Assembly: GCA_040389905.1 (NCBI GenBank)
Contig: JAZJZK010000012.1
Coordinates: 158,929 to 222,928 of the forward strand
Direction of reading: 5' to 3'
Length of the DNA: 64,000 bases
From: Gemmatimonadota bacterium
GTDB lineage: Bacteria > Gemmatimonadota > Gemmatimonadetes > Gemmatimonadales > Gemmatimonadaceae
Below, piece by piece: positions 19,895 through 30,035 of this stretch. The translations under genes and the position numbers were made by a program. How positions within the stretch are numbered: the stretch's first letter is position 1; every line of letters begins with the position of its first letter. Under the pieces are notes generated by a model. It saw only the letters and a list, made by a program, of their open reading frames with translations. It was not told the DNA's origin and searched no databases.

Positions 19895-21883
19895 CTAGAG
19901 CAACATGCGAATCGCATCTCCGGCAAAGTCGGAAACATATACACGTCCGCGCGAATCGACAGCGATGCCACCTGGCGTCCCGAGTCCATCCGCGATGAAA
20001 CGCAGAACGGGAGCATCTCCTCGACGATCAATTCGTAGCAGTCTTCCCGAATGAAAGAATGGCAGAAGTATCGCTCCTTCTTGGTCGACAGCAATGCCTG
20101 CCGCGCTATCAGAGCACCCGTGATGGATCGTCTCAATGAGCTCGCCGTCCCCATTGAACACATGTACCGCGCGGTAGCGCGTGCTCGGCGTGCACAAACT
20201 CCCATCAGGAGCAATGGCAAGATAGATCGCCATGTCTGGCGTTTGAAAGACAGCCTCACGACCATCTGGATCGATACGAAGAATCTGCCCTTTGTCACCA
20301 TTGCCCATGACGGCGACGAACACGCGCCCCTGCTGATCGGAGACAATTGCCTTCTTTGTTCCGCCGACAGAAGTGCCAACGCACTCCGCGCCTTGGAAGC
20401 GTCCGTCCCTTCTACGCAGTCGGAGAGCCTCTCTCCTCGCGACGTTACTCAAATAGAGTTCATCGTTGGAAGCGAGGTGCACGCAGTCGATCCCGTACGC
20501 CGCGGAATCGTCCATCTCGATCCTTACCGCCTCCGTGAAGCGCCCATCAGTGCTGATGCAAAACACTGACTCGGATTGGTTGACGCAATAGAGATTGTCG
20601 CTCCTGTCGAACGCAATCTGCTGGAGATGCCGGAGACCCTGGAAATACTTTACCACCGTGCCTCGTGTCAGCGCGACGACGCGCACTCGTGCGGTCGCGA
20701 TCAGGTCTTTCCATCTCGCCTCGATCGTCGCCTCCCCAAATTCCTTACCGTACAGCGCACCACCCTTGACGTAGGCAATCTGCTCGGCGCTCGTGCTCCA
20801 GGACACTTCCATTGTGACGTCGTGCTCAGTGCTCGCCGGCCCGTCCACACCGAAGGCACGCACGCGCAGGCATCGCCGCTCTCCCTGCCCGAGACGCACA
20901 TCTCCCGGCAGGATGCTGATTCCGATGTGTCGCCTCCGACCCGACGCTCCGAGGATGCTCGGTCGTGCTACTGCAGAACCGCTCCAAGCGCTCTTGCGCT
21001 GGTTCGACGTTGCGTCAACGTACCAGGTTGGCCCTACGATCGATGTCTCAAACGGGCCGTGAGTGACATACTGGCCGACGTGATAGGCCCCGCGCGCAGC
21101 AGGGTAAATTCGAGTAAATGGCCGTCCCCCTCCTTGTCTGGCTAATAGAAGTAGTCCCACGACATCTTGTCGCTGCTCAAGACAGTCCGCATCGGAGAAC
21201 AACGGCATGTCGGCAGCGAGAACGATCTCATGACTCTGCGGGCGTTGTAACAACGCTCGAGTATCGGCGAGCACCTCCAAAGGGTCACCACCGGCATGAT
21301 GCAGCGCAACCACACCGACATAGTCAGGAGGGAGAGATACCTCGAGGAGGGTCGGTGAGCGAACAGAGCTGGATACCGTGCTCCCATCGCGCGCGATTGC
21401 TCGGACGCGATCAAGTCGTTCGCCGTGTATCTGGAGTGAAGGACTGGCTGCCGTACCCGTCACCTGAAACGCCGCAATTCTCGGTCGAAGCCTGCGGTCT
21501 TGATCCAGGTAAAACAATAGGAGACTCGCAGTCGCGAGAAACTGGAAACATGTTTGCGCATCTGGACAAGGGATCGCGGGCATCTTCTTGTGGCTGCGAT
21601 CGTTACGGATGTGTCCGAGGGCACCAGCAAAGAGTTGCTTCAGCGCCTCTCGATCCCTCGCATCCTCGGCCAGATCGATTGCCGGGTCGGGACCGTCAAA
21701 CGCCTCAGCGATCAGCGCCTGACCAATGGCGCGGCTTTGGATTCGCTCCTGAACGGACGCCTCTACAATTCGATAAGCGGCGAAGATTGCATCGTCGAAC
21801 CGCCCTATGGCCGCAGTTGCCTGTGCGGCATTGCGCACGCTCGGATGGATGAGACTCCAAGCCTGTTCGCCGATGTCGGTCAC
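19895..21883 (-). CDS. TIGR02391/HEPN-like domain + Ig-like + NHL/SMP-30 beta-propeller protein
   Basis: IHPSVR...DAIFAAYRIVE...LFAGA...IRNDRSH; VSWSTS...GEATIEARW Ig-like segment; PGGIAVDSRGRVYVSD repeats. Confidence 0.7.
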   Translation of the reverse strand: MTDIGEQAWSLIHPSVRNAAQATAAIGRFDDAIFAAYRIVEASVQERIQSRAIGQALIAEAFDGPDPAIDLAEDARDREALKQLFAGALGHIRNDRSHKKMPAIPCPDAQTCFQFLATASLLLFYLDQDRRLRPRIAAFQVTGTAASPSLQIHGERLDRVRAIARDGSTVSSSVRSPTLLEVSLPPDYVGVVALHHAGGDPLEVLADTRALLQRPQSHEIVLAADMPLFSDADCLEQRQDVVGLLLLARQGGGRPFTRIYPAARGAYHVGQYVTHGPFETSIVGPTWYVDATSNQRKSAWSGSAVARPSILGASGRRRHIGISILPGDVRLGQGERRCLRVRAFGVDGPASTEHDVTMEVSWSTSAEQIAYVKGGALYGKEFGEATIEARWKDLIATARVRVVALTRGTVVKYFQGLRHLQQIAFDRSDNLYCVNQSESVFCISTDGRFTEAVRIEMDDSAAYGIDCVHLASNDELYLSNVARREALRLRRRDGRFQGAECVGTSVGGTKKAIVSDQQGRVFVAVMGNGDKGQILRIDPDGREAVFQTPDMAIYLAIAPDGSLCTPSTRYRAVHVFNGDGELIETIHHGCSDSAAGIAVDQEGAILLPFFHSGRLLRIDRRGDAPVLRFIADGLGTPGGIAVDSRGRVYVSDFAGDAIRMLL

Positions 21884-22189
21884 TGAGAGGCAGAGTTACG
21901 GAAACGCGCGGAGGAACGCAACGACGGACTCACATTCTGCACAATAGTCGGCTCGACGTAAAGCGGATGCCAGCCTAGCTGGGACATTCTACGCTACGTT
22001 CAGAGGTGGTTGACAGTCTCCCATGACAGCTCTTCGCGGAACTGCCCATACGCTGAGGTTGTCATCAGCAGGCTGTAGCTAAGCTAAGCTCCGGCAGCAA
22101 GAGAACATCACACTGAACTCCGCCAAACCGTCCACGCCGGACGGCCACATAAACGCCTCAGGTTCCACTGCAAGGCACCTCTGAAACGC

Positions 22190-22258
22190 AATAGGACTCG
22201 CCCGTAGCTGTCTTCGCCCTCTTAGCATAGCCCTGACCGTCGCAGGGCTGTGCTCGCC
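22190..22258. repeat. about 70-bp diverged repeat, copy 2
   Basis: aligns with 17441-17509; contains the hairpin AGCATAGCCCTG/CAGGGCTGTGCT. Confidence 0.75.
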
Positions 22259-22426
22259 CGCCGGCAGGGCTACTATCGCCCCCCGGCGTTGCCGGGCCAA
22301 GATTTGTTCCGCGGGCCTACCGAAAACGCCTTGCAGTTCCTTCAGCGAACCGCAATTGGCTTCCTCCGACTACGCTAGCTCTCGGAGCGAGAGTTTGACA
22401 TACGGCCGCTACCGTGACGGCGCGAC

Positions 22427-22771
22427 TCAAGACAATTGCTTCCGTAGATCGTCCGGCACCCGATACGAGGCGTCATCCATCGCGATCCCCTTGCTCTTCG
22501 CCTTCTTTCTCATGTGATCAGTCAGAGTCGCCTTGAAATACAATAGGTCCTCTCGACTCCTGATATCACATCGCGACGCCTCCTCCATCCACAGCCGCTG
22601 GCTTGCTTCCTGAATGAGGTCGTCCCTCACGTCGCGATCCGTGGTGAGTTGGCGGGCATAGATCTCCACGCTGGTCTTCACGTGCCTCCACACGCGGATG
22701 TATGCGTTGTGCACATCCCCTGTCGCTCCTCCCTCCGGAGGCGGCGTAAACGCTTCATTTGTCCGCATCAC
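22427..22771 (-). CDS. sigma-70 region-2-like small protein (copy 1)
   Basis: YARQLTTDRDVRDDLIQEASQRLW resembles ECF sigma region 2; no region 4; start uncertain. Confidence 0.5.
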   Translation of the reverse strand: MMRTNEAFTPPPEGGATGDVHNAYIRVWRHVKTSVEIYARQLTTDRDVRDDLIQEASQRLWMEEASRCDIRSREDLLYFKATLTDHMRKKAKSKGIAMDDASYRVPDDLRKQLS

Positions 22772-23343
22772 GCCACCATCGACGAGAGACACTCGTCCAA
22801 CACTTCCAATTCCGCCCACCGCAGGAACCTGTCTCCCTGCGTGGGACTCATTCGCCGCCGCAGCTTCCCGGTGTACCCCCGGTACAGAAGACCCCGGTGG
22901 TCCGTATCTCCTTCGATCGATGACAGGTCATAGTAGAAGATGCGGTCGTCGATCAACCCGTTCCCATTCACCGAGGTTACCAGCCCGGCGTGAATGAACT
23001 CCCTCGTGCGGAATGAACGCTGGAGGAGGATGTCCCCGCTCATGGGCGACTCGTAGAGAATGCCGCGTTCTGCTCCGAACACCGAGAGCGTCTGCGGTGA
23101 CAGGCCGAGCGGGACCGGCCACGACGACTTCGCTACGCTCTCATCATAGTAGGCGCGAAAGCCGAGCTGCTGAAGAAGTCGTACATCGAGGGGCGCCAGC
23201 GCCGCTGCAGGATTGTCGGCTGTAGCTCCAGTCGGAATCGGCGGCGCATGCTGCGCGGTCGGTTTCCAGTTGAGTTCCTGCTGCACCGCGTTGCGCGCCA
23301 TCTGCACCAGCACCTGCGGAGACAAACGAGCCATGAGAGTCAC
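22768..23343 (-). CDS. degenerate CHAP/NlpC-P60-like protein (copy 1)
   Basis: SSWPVP, GDILL, FIHAGLV, SIEGDT, GDRFLRW; no catalytic Cys visible. Confidence 0.55.
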   Translation of the reverse strand: MTLMARLSPQVLVQMARNAVQQELNWKPTAQHAPPIPTGATADNPAAALAPLDVRLLQQLGFRAYYDESVAKSSWPVPLGLSPQTLSVFGAERGILYESPMSGDILLQRSFRTREFIHAGLVTSVNGNGLIDDRIFYYDLSSIEGDTDHRGLLYRGYTGKLRRRMSPTQGDRFLRWAELEVLDECLSSMVA

Positions 23344-24098
23344 CGTCGTCGCAGAAGTCCACCACCTGTCGCATCACCCTCGGGGCACGGTCGCCATTGG
23401 CCGCGTCAGCGCCGAGTAACCCGGACTACGCACCGGCTTGGTTTCAGGTTTCAGCCGCCTGTGACGCGCAGATGACGCCTGGTGATTAAAGGACACCGGC
23501 GTGGTTTCCCGGAGCACTCGGACCGACGGCGTCCCCGGTTGGAAATACCGGTGCCACACCCACCCCGGCGGCAGCGCCGCTGAACGTGGCAGAACCGCCA
23601 CCCGCGACTGCGAGACTCGCACTCACCCGTATGTGCGAGGCGGCCACGCGCGCCTGAATGTTTCCCAACGGGTTCGAACGCTCACTGTCTTCCACGCGAC
23701 GGTGAGTCACTTTGGTCGCGCCTTCGAACCACCTGCACTCAGCGCAGAGTCGCCGACACGCGGGGCAGAGCCACCTGCACTCGCCACAAAGTCACCTGCA
23801 CTCGGCACAGAGTCACCTGCCCTCAACCGCGAGTCATCCTTTCCGCACACGGAGCTGACTCTCCCCAACTCGTAAGCATCTGCACTCGGTGCCGAACGTC
23901 CGTGCCCGAGGTCGCACCCGAATCGACGCAACTCGTCTCCGCTCGTACCGAACGCTCAACCGACTCGCCCCAACTCCAGTCCATTTGTTCCAGCCCAGTA
24001 CCGATCGTGACTCGCTGCGGGACCGTCTCGACCGACTCCGCATCCATTTCGTCGCCGCTCACAACGATCTGTACTCAGTCGGAATCGGCTCGCACCCA

Positions 24099-24211
24099 AG
24101 CCGCGAGGACAGGTTGTCATCCAGCACAGCACTCAACGCCGCGAGGTCGGCGGCATGCGCCTGTTCGATCCACGGCGCGACGAGTGGCAGTTGTGGCGAC
24201 TGGTGACTCAT
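24099..24211 (-). pseudogene. gene start truncated by the duplicated segment
   Basis: GGAGG RBS, ATG 24211 (MSHQSPQLPLVAPWIEQAHAADLAALSAVLDD) runs into the repeat boundary at 24098. Confidence 0.4.
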
Positions 24212-24761
24212 CCGGCGGTGCCTCCGCACGATGAGGTTGGACGTCTCGACAACGCCAACGTACAACTGTGTTGTGAGAACACCATCCCCGGATGCGTCAC
24301 CCGTTTTACCCGATTGCAACTCCGCGCAATAGTTCAGGATGGGAACTCGCTCGTTGCTGCCTCCTCACTGTGCACCAGACTTCTGGCGGAGAGAGTCACT
24401 ACGGTTGCCGGATGTCGGCATGCAAGGGTCGGCTCGATCTGCGCACAATGATACGGCTCCTTAGACCTCGCCAAGCCTTTCGTAGCGAGAGTCACTACCA
24501 TGCTCTACCTGTTTGTGATGTATCTTGCCGTTCCTTTCTAAGGAGCAGACCCGCTGGCACGGACGGGTACCGGCGCCTTTCACCTTTTTTGTGCCACGCT
24601 GAAGGCGCCTTAAGCGCCGTGGGTGCGAACACGCCAACAGTAGCATGCAACCCCCGTGGAGCCACAAGGGTAGCAGTCCATAGGTGTTGCGTCGCGCCTC
24701 ACCCGTGGCAACATTACATATGAGATTTGTACCGCGACAACACGCCATATCGGAGAGGGGG

Positions 24762-25619
24762 ATGCATATGCGAACATGCCAGCAGCGAACCCATGCTCGC
24801 ACGCCATCGATTAGATCCCACGAGGCACTGCTCGCACTCTGCGTGATACTCTGTGTCACCGTCTGCTGCTCCGTTGCGCACGCGCAAACGGCCACGGTTT
24901 CAGGTTTGGTTGTCGACGCCCATGGTCCTATAACGGACGTCCAAGTCCATTTGGCCAGAAGCGACGAGGAGCTTCGTTCTGTGACGGATAGCCGAGGGCG
25001 GTTTCGATTGGCGCGAGTGGATAGCGGGACGTGGGTGCTCACCCTCCGGCGGCTTGGCTATGCACAAAGCATCCAGAATATTTTCGTCGGCGACGCACAG
25101 TTAAATGAGCTCGTGATCACCATGGCGCCCATTCCGACCAGCTTGGATACCATACGAACTGTTGCCGGCAGCGATGGTGTTGCGGACGTCGGACGCCTGG
25201 CCGCATTCCAAGATCGGATGCGCCGCGCCGCCACGCTTCGCAGCGGCACGTTCTTCACACGCGACGCCTTGGAGAGTAGCGACGTAACGCGACTGTCAGA
25301 TTTTCTGTCTCACTTACCAGGAGCGAAGTTAGAAGCGGGCGGGCAAGGTCCGAGTTTTCTTACACTGGGTAAGTGTGCGCCACGCGTGAGTATGGATCGA
25401 GGGCAAACTGCGGTACGTGACACGGTGAGACTGTACGTTGATGGCACGAGAGTCCAAGGAAATCCGATCGACGTTATCAGCACACTGGGAGTTGCCGACG
25501 TGGAGGCACTCGAGGTATATCGAGGCGTCTCGTCGCTGCCGCCTGAGGTGTTGGATGGCTGCTCAGCGATTTTCATATGGACACGCGTTGGTTCGCGCGC
25601 GCCAAAGGTATCACGATGA
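24762..25619 (+). CDS. secreted carboxypeptidase-regulatory-like domain + TonB plug-like protein
   Basis: signal peptide ending AHA-Q, TDSRGRFRL, RRLGY, LYVDG, VEALEVYRG, CSAIFIWTR. Confidence 0.82.
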   Translation: MHMRTCQQRTHARTPSIRSHEALLALCVILCVTVCCSVAHAQTATVSGLVVDAHGPITDVQVHLARSDEELRSVTDSRGRFRLARVDSGTWVLTLRRLGYAQSIQNIFVGDAQLNELVITMAPIPTSLDTIRTVAGSDGVADVGRLAAFQDRMRRAATLRSGTFFTRDALESSDVTRLSDFLSHLPGAKLEAGGQGPSFLTLGKCAPRVSMDRGQTAVRDTVRLYVDGTRVQGNPIDVISTLGVADVEALEVYRGVSSLPPEVLDGCSAIFIWTRVGSRAPKVSR

Positions 25620-27325
25620 TGGGCCGTCGTCTGGACAGCGTCTTGGTCCCGCTCTTTGGCGCTCTGCTCTCGGCGATATCCCTGTCGGCGCAGCAGGTGC
25701 GGAGTCGTGCCTTTGTAGGAGCAGACAGCCTTCCGATAGGCGGAGTTCTGATAGAATTGGTTGATTCTCTCGGACTCGTGCGGTCGCGCGGTCTCACGTC
25801 GCTCGAAGGTCGCATCAACCTTCGCGCCTCCGGGCCCGGGCTATATCGGCTGCGTGCTCTACAGATCGGCTTCTTCCCGACCTACACGCCTCCATTTCGC
25901 GTGGCGAGTTCCGATGTCACGATCGCAGGCTTCAGACTCGATCGGCTTCCTGTTCGGCTTCCTGAGACTGTCATAACAGCAGACTCGCGCTGCCGGTCAT
26001 TCAATGACTCCTCCTCAAATGCCTTTCCCATGTGGGAGGAGGCCCAGAAGACATTGCGCTCGGCCATGCTGCTGCAGCGGTCCAATGAATATGCAATGGT
26101 GGTCGTGCGACGCGAGAAAGAGACCCGCTTACGCGACGACTCGGTCCTCTATGATGAAGAATCCGAGGTCAAGACGTCGACCCTCCGGCCTTTCTTTGCG
26201 TATGACACGGTGCGCGTAGCTGCCGAAGGGTACGTTATTCGTGGTGCGAACGATCAGACGACGTACGCCGCGCCAGACGAGGCGTCGCTCCTGTCTGATG
26301 AGTTCGCAAGGACTCACTGTATGAGGTTAGGGCCAGGAGACAGAACGACTGCGCGCATACTATTCACGCCGACTGCCGACCGACTCGTGCCCGATATCCA
26401 AGGGATCATCGTCCTGGATCGGCAAACTGGGCTTGTTCGAGAAGTTGCGTTCTCCTACGTGAATGCTGCACGTCCTTTGAACGACGCGCACGGCTTACTT
26501 GAATTCCGGCAACTGGCAGTGGGTGCGCTGGTGTGGCGATGGTCTTTGGATCTTCCCGTTATCGAGAAGATGACATTGCGCCGAGTAGATGGGTCCGGTT
26601 CTCTACGCACAGCCAATACACGCATAGAGACGGTCGACTCGCTCGTCGCCCGAAAGCGCGTTGGCGGTGAAGTTTGGTCGGTCTCGCGCGAAGGTAGCCT
26701 CGTTTGGCGGGGCGCGACCTCCTCACTCTCTGTTTCCGTGAGTGATTCACTCAACAAGCCGGTCGCCCGCACCTTCGTTACGCTTGTTGGTACAGGCGAA
26801 CACAGTACGGCGGATAGCGCTGGCAAGGCAACGTTTCAGAACGTCCGCGTTGGGCTGCACCGTCTGTTGGTGACATCTCCAACGGCAACCATCCTGCGAC
26901 TTCCTGGCATCGTAACCACACTTTGGGTAGCGGAAGGAGGAACGTCAGTCAGGGCACTCCTTCCCAGCAAAGCGGCGCTTCTGTCGCAGGCCTGCCCTGA
27001 CGTTGCATTGCCAGGTATCGCCGTCGGCACCGTGCGCTCGTCAAGCGGAGAAAGGGTATCCGGCGCTAGTATATCCGCAGTATGGCGCGAAACAATTGAT
27101 GGCATTGCACAAGAACGCCGTCTCACGCAAGCCGTGAACTCAGTGGGTGACTTTTTCTTCTGCAAATTACCGCGCAATCAGACGATAGTATTGGAAGTTA
27201 CGTTTCAAGGGTTGTTGTCCGCTACAGTTGAGCTCCTCGTCCCAGAAAGCGGATTGGTGCAACGCGACGTACAACTGAACCCCAAGAAAGAGGACGCAGA
27301 TCACACGGCGTCCGTCCCGCGGTAA
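25616..27325 (+). CDS. secreted protein with several carboxypeptidase-regulatory-like domains
   Basis: signal peptide, GPGLYRLRALQIGF, TADSAGKATF, GDFFFCKLP; ATGA overlap with the previous gene. Confidence 0.78.
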   Translation: MMGRRLDSVLVPLFGALLSAISLSAQQVRSRAFVGADSLPIGGVLIELVDSLGLVRSRGLTSLEGRINLRASGPGLYRLRALQIGFFPTYTPPFRVASSDVTIAGFRLDRLPVRLPETVITADSRCRSFNDSSSNAFPMWEEAQKTLRSAMLLQRSNEYAMVVVRREKETRLRDDSVLYDEESEVKTSTLRPFFAYDTVRVAAEGYVIRGANDQTTYAAPDEASLLSDEFARTHCMRLGPGDRTTARILFTPTADRLVPDIQGIIVLDRQTGLVREVAFSYVNAARPLNDAHGLLEFRQLAVGALVWRWSLDLPVIEKMTLRRVDGSGSLRTANTRIETVDSLVARKRVGGEVWSVSREGSLVWRGATSSLSVSVSDSLNKPVARTFVTLVGTGEHSTADSAGKATFQNVRVGLHRLLVTSPTATILRLPGIVTTLWVAEGGTSVRALLPSKAALLSQACPDVALPGIAVGTVRSSSGERVSGASISAVWRETIDGIAQERRLTQAVNSVGDFFFCKLPRNQTIVLEVTFQGLLSATVELLVPESGLVQRDVQLNPKKEDADHTASVPR

Positions 27326-27376
27326 GAGCTTCGTCCACGTCGGCGAACCGACGGCTAATGCAAGGTACGGGCGTAT

Positions 27377-28537
27377 TTAGGGCGCCGAGAGCGTGACCAG
27401 TGCGATGGTGACCAATCGCCGTTCGCCACGCATGGCTTGCGTGCTGCCCCAGATACTGCCGCCCACGATGGCTTCTACGCGGATTCCGCTTGGAATGCGT
27501 ACATCACGTGTCACGTCATCCCTAACCGACAATATGGTCCAGCGTTCGCCGGATTCGTCCTCCGCACGCCGAATCCATGCATTCCCGCCGTCGTCCACGA
27601 TGACTCTTGAAGCGGGGGCCATGAGCTGTGGGCGATACAGCGCTTCAACAATGGCGCGTTGCGCTTTAGCCCGGTCGCTTCCAAAAGGCCGTGCAAAAGG
27701 CGCTGCTGACAATGCGCTGGCAAAGTGCACTACTCTCTCCTCGTCGACGGGCTTTCGCGTCACGAGTAGGCGTCTCTCCCGACCGCTATCGCCGGCCGTT
27801 AACTCGAACCACCGTGAATGAAGGCTCTCTGGAGAAGTATGCAGCACTGAGTTGTCGGTATCCTGATAGATAACGGTTGCGGCTCTCCCATCGACTGCAA
27901 TGCCCAGCATATCTCCCGCCGACCACGGTTGTAGGCCGAAGATCAATGACCCATCCGGTCCCTCGACTTGAAGTATTGAATGAGAGGTTCGCAACTCTGC
28001 CAACGTATCCCGCACCTCTCCCCCTGGAGTAGCTCGCACGACGAGTCGGTGCGACGCGGCCAAGCGCCTGGCGGCGACAATTCCGGCGACTTCCTCCGCG
28101 ATAACGTGATCGCTGACCAGTGCTCGCGGAATGAAGAAGGCACCCTCCGTGTTCGAGTGTGGCATCCGTAACAGACGTCTCACTGAAGCGCCCTTGGACG
28201 ATATCAGGGTCACCGAATCTCCCCCAGCGCGCCAGATCCAGACTGAATCGCCTGTCATCCCTCCGAAGAATGGTCTCGTGGCGGCCTGACCGACGGGCGT
28301 CACATCAATTCGTCGTTTCCACAGGACTGCGCCGGCAGAGGTGCGTGCAACGACACTATTGCCAACATTATCTAGGATAAACAGCCTATTGTTTGCGCCA
28401 ACTATTACTTTCGCGTTCGGCTGCAAATGATTCAGTATTGAACGGCGCGTCATCGGAGCACCCGGAGACTGCGCGCCGGCGACATTCGCTGCAACTCCGA
28501 ACGACAGGGCACACAGCAAAGTGCGCGTTCGCGGCAT
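27377..28537 (-). CDS. secreted 6-bladed beta-propeller-like protein
   Basis: signal peptide, GDSVWIW, IVDDGGNAWIRR; beta-rich composition. Confidence 0.6.
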   Translation of the reverse strand: MPRTRTLLCALSFGVAANVAGAQSPGAPMTRRSILNHLQPNAKVIVGANNRLFILDNVGNSVVARTSAGAVLWKRRIDVTPVGQAATRPFFGGMTGDSVWIWRAGGDSVTLISSKGASVRRLLRMPHSNTEGAFFIPRALVSDHVIAEEVAGIVAARRLAASHRLVVRATPGGEVRDTLAELRTSHSILQVEGPDGSLIFGLQPWSAGDMLGIAVDGRAATVIYQDTDNSVLHTSPESLHSRWFELTAGDSGRERRLLVTRKPVDEERVVHFASALSAAPFARPFGSDRAKAQRAIVEALYRPQLMAPASRVIVDDGGNAWIRRAEDESGERWTILSVRDDVTRDVRIPSGIRVEAIVGGSIWGSTQAMRGERRLVTIALVTLSAP

Positions 28538-28602
28538 GGCCTTGCCGTATGTGGACACTGACGTGGCGCATCGAGGATGGCTTCTCATGACCGTGCTCGT
28601 TG

Positions 28603-29025
28603 CTAGAGTGTCAGCGCGTCGCTATCAGCTCGGAGGCGCTCACCAGCGGCAGCCGTATAGGTCCGCTTATCGATGGCGCCTCCACACAATCGTTGTACGA
28701 CGCGTCCATCAGCGAGTATCTCAGTCTTCTTGATGGGGGCTTTTAAGCCCGCACGCTTCTTGAAGGTCCCGTCGGGGGCGATTGCGTCCGCCCTCGCGAG
28801 TTGCGGTTCGCAATCCCCGGAAATGAGGCACGAGGACCCTCCCACTGTGCACCGCTTATAGCCTGGGGGCGAGGGCAACACATCACAGTGCCACGTGTCG
28901 TCGTAGTGAAGGCACAAGTAGCACGCGCCTGGCTGGGCTTGAGCCGTGGACGGGGTGATGGCGGTGTAGCCAACCGCCATGAGCATGAGTACCAAACAGT
29001 GCTGCAAAAAGCGTTTTGGGGTCAT
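28603..29025 (-). CDS. secreted Cys-rich small protein
   Basis: signal peptide ending AQA, followed by six Cys in about 40 residues. Confidence 0.7.
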   Translation of the reverse strand: MTPKRFLQHCLVLMLMAVGYTAITPSTAQAQPGACYLCLHYDDTWHCDVLPSPPGYKRCTVGGSSCLISGDCEPQLARADAIAPDGTFKKRAGLKAPIKKTEILADGRVVQRLCGGAIDKRTYTAAAGERLRADSDALTL

Positions 29026-30035
29026 TGCTTACCTGTAGGTGTGAGGTTTTCACGAGAAGCCATCCAGCGCACTTTGTATTTGATTACGTGCACAGTGTCC
29101 GTCCGCCGTGTCATTAGCAGCTCGCCGCGGTCGATACTTGAGGACAATGGACCAAGAGCGACGCCTACCATCGTTTGCCGCACGCGTTGACCGGTGGCAT
29201 TGTACAGAATGAGGGCACGCTGATCGCTGCGTACGTCGGTTAGGACTTGCAGGAACCCCTCAGCTAGCTCCTGGAGCGGCATGCTGACGAGTGAGGAAGC
29301 ACGCACGGTGTCACTACCAACTCCAAGCGTCGTGTCTACCACGAAAGGCCGCAATTGTTTGCGTACCTTGCCAGACTCACTCACCAATTGCGTGACAAAC
29401 GGCCACCGCATGTCCGTGATACTCAGGCCGCCGCGCAACGGGCTGAGGAGGGTATTGCGCGCGGCTGATGCAAACACATCGGCATCTTTGCTCCCTCGTA
29501 GCGTGTCGCACCGCACACGCCCACTCGCTATATTGGTTACTCGCACCAGATGTGTAATGCCGCTTGGCGAGACGACAGCCACTATCCAGTCGTTACCTAC
29601 GCCAACAGCACCAACAACGTCGCCCGCAAGACCGAGGCGTTTGCTTTCGTTGCACTGTCCATTTGTGAGCACACGCACGAGACGCTGACGACTGCCGTCG
29701 AAGATTGTGATTACCGTTCGCTCTCTGACAGTGCCATCTGGCTGCGGTCCGGCCCAGGCAAGTCCCGTGATGAACGCTGGGAGGGTTGTACATCGTGCTA
29801 TGGAGCCCTTGTCGTTCAACTCAGTGAGCCCGCCGACGCCATCCATCCAAATGATTGCCCTTCCGTCGTCAAGAAGAGTCCCGCCAGCGACGGTCCCATT
29901 GTGCGGCGTCGCCCATTGCTGATTCCGCGTTAACACTGCGACCGTCGGCATTTGCGACTGCGGGCTTGCTCGTCCAGCCGCCGCCGAAGCAGCCATCAGT
30001 GGCCACGCCAATAGTATTCGCGACCGGTGCCGCAT
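29022..30035 (-). CDS. secreted beta-propeller-like hypothetical protein
   Basis: signal peptide; beta-rich; 4-bp overlap with the Cys-rich gene. Confidence 0.55.
   Translation of the reverse strand: MRHRSRILLAWPLMAASAAAGRASPQSQMPTVAVLTRNQQWATPHNGTVAGGTLLDDGRAIIWMDGVGGLTELNDKGSIARCTTLPAFITGLAWAGPQPDGTVRERTVITIFDGSRQRLVRVLTNGQCNESKRLGLAGDVVGAVGVGNDWIVAVVSPSGITHLVRVTNIASGRVRCDTLRGSKDADVFASAARNTLLSPLRGGLSITDMRWPFVTQLVSESGKVRKQLRPFVVDTTLGVGSDTVRASSLVSMPLQELAEGFLQVLTDVRSDQRALILYNATGQRVRQTMVGVALGPLSSSIDRGELLMTRRTDTVHVIKYKVRWMASRENLTPTGKQ

Larger units (their letters stand above)
22425..24098. repeat. 1,674-bp direct repeat, copy 1 (copy 2 at 33971-35644)
   Basis: constant offset of 11,546; identical ORF translations in several frames; 3 substitutions seen in the first 50 bp. 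Confidence 0.97.
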
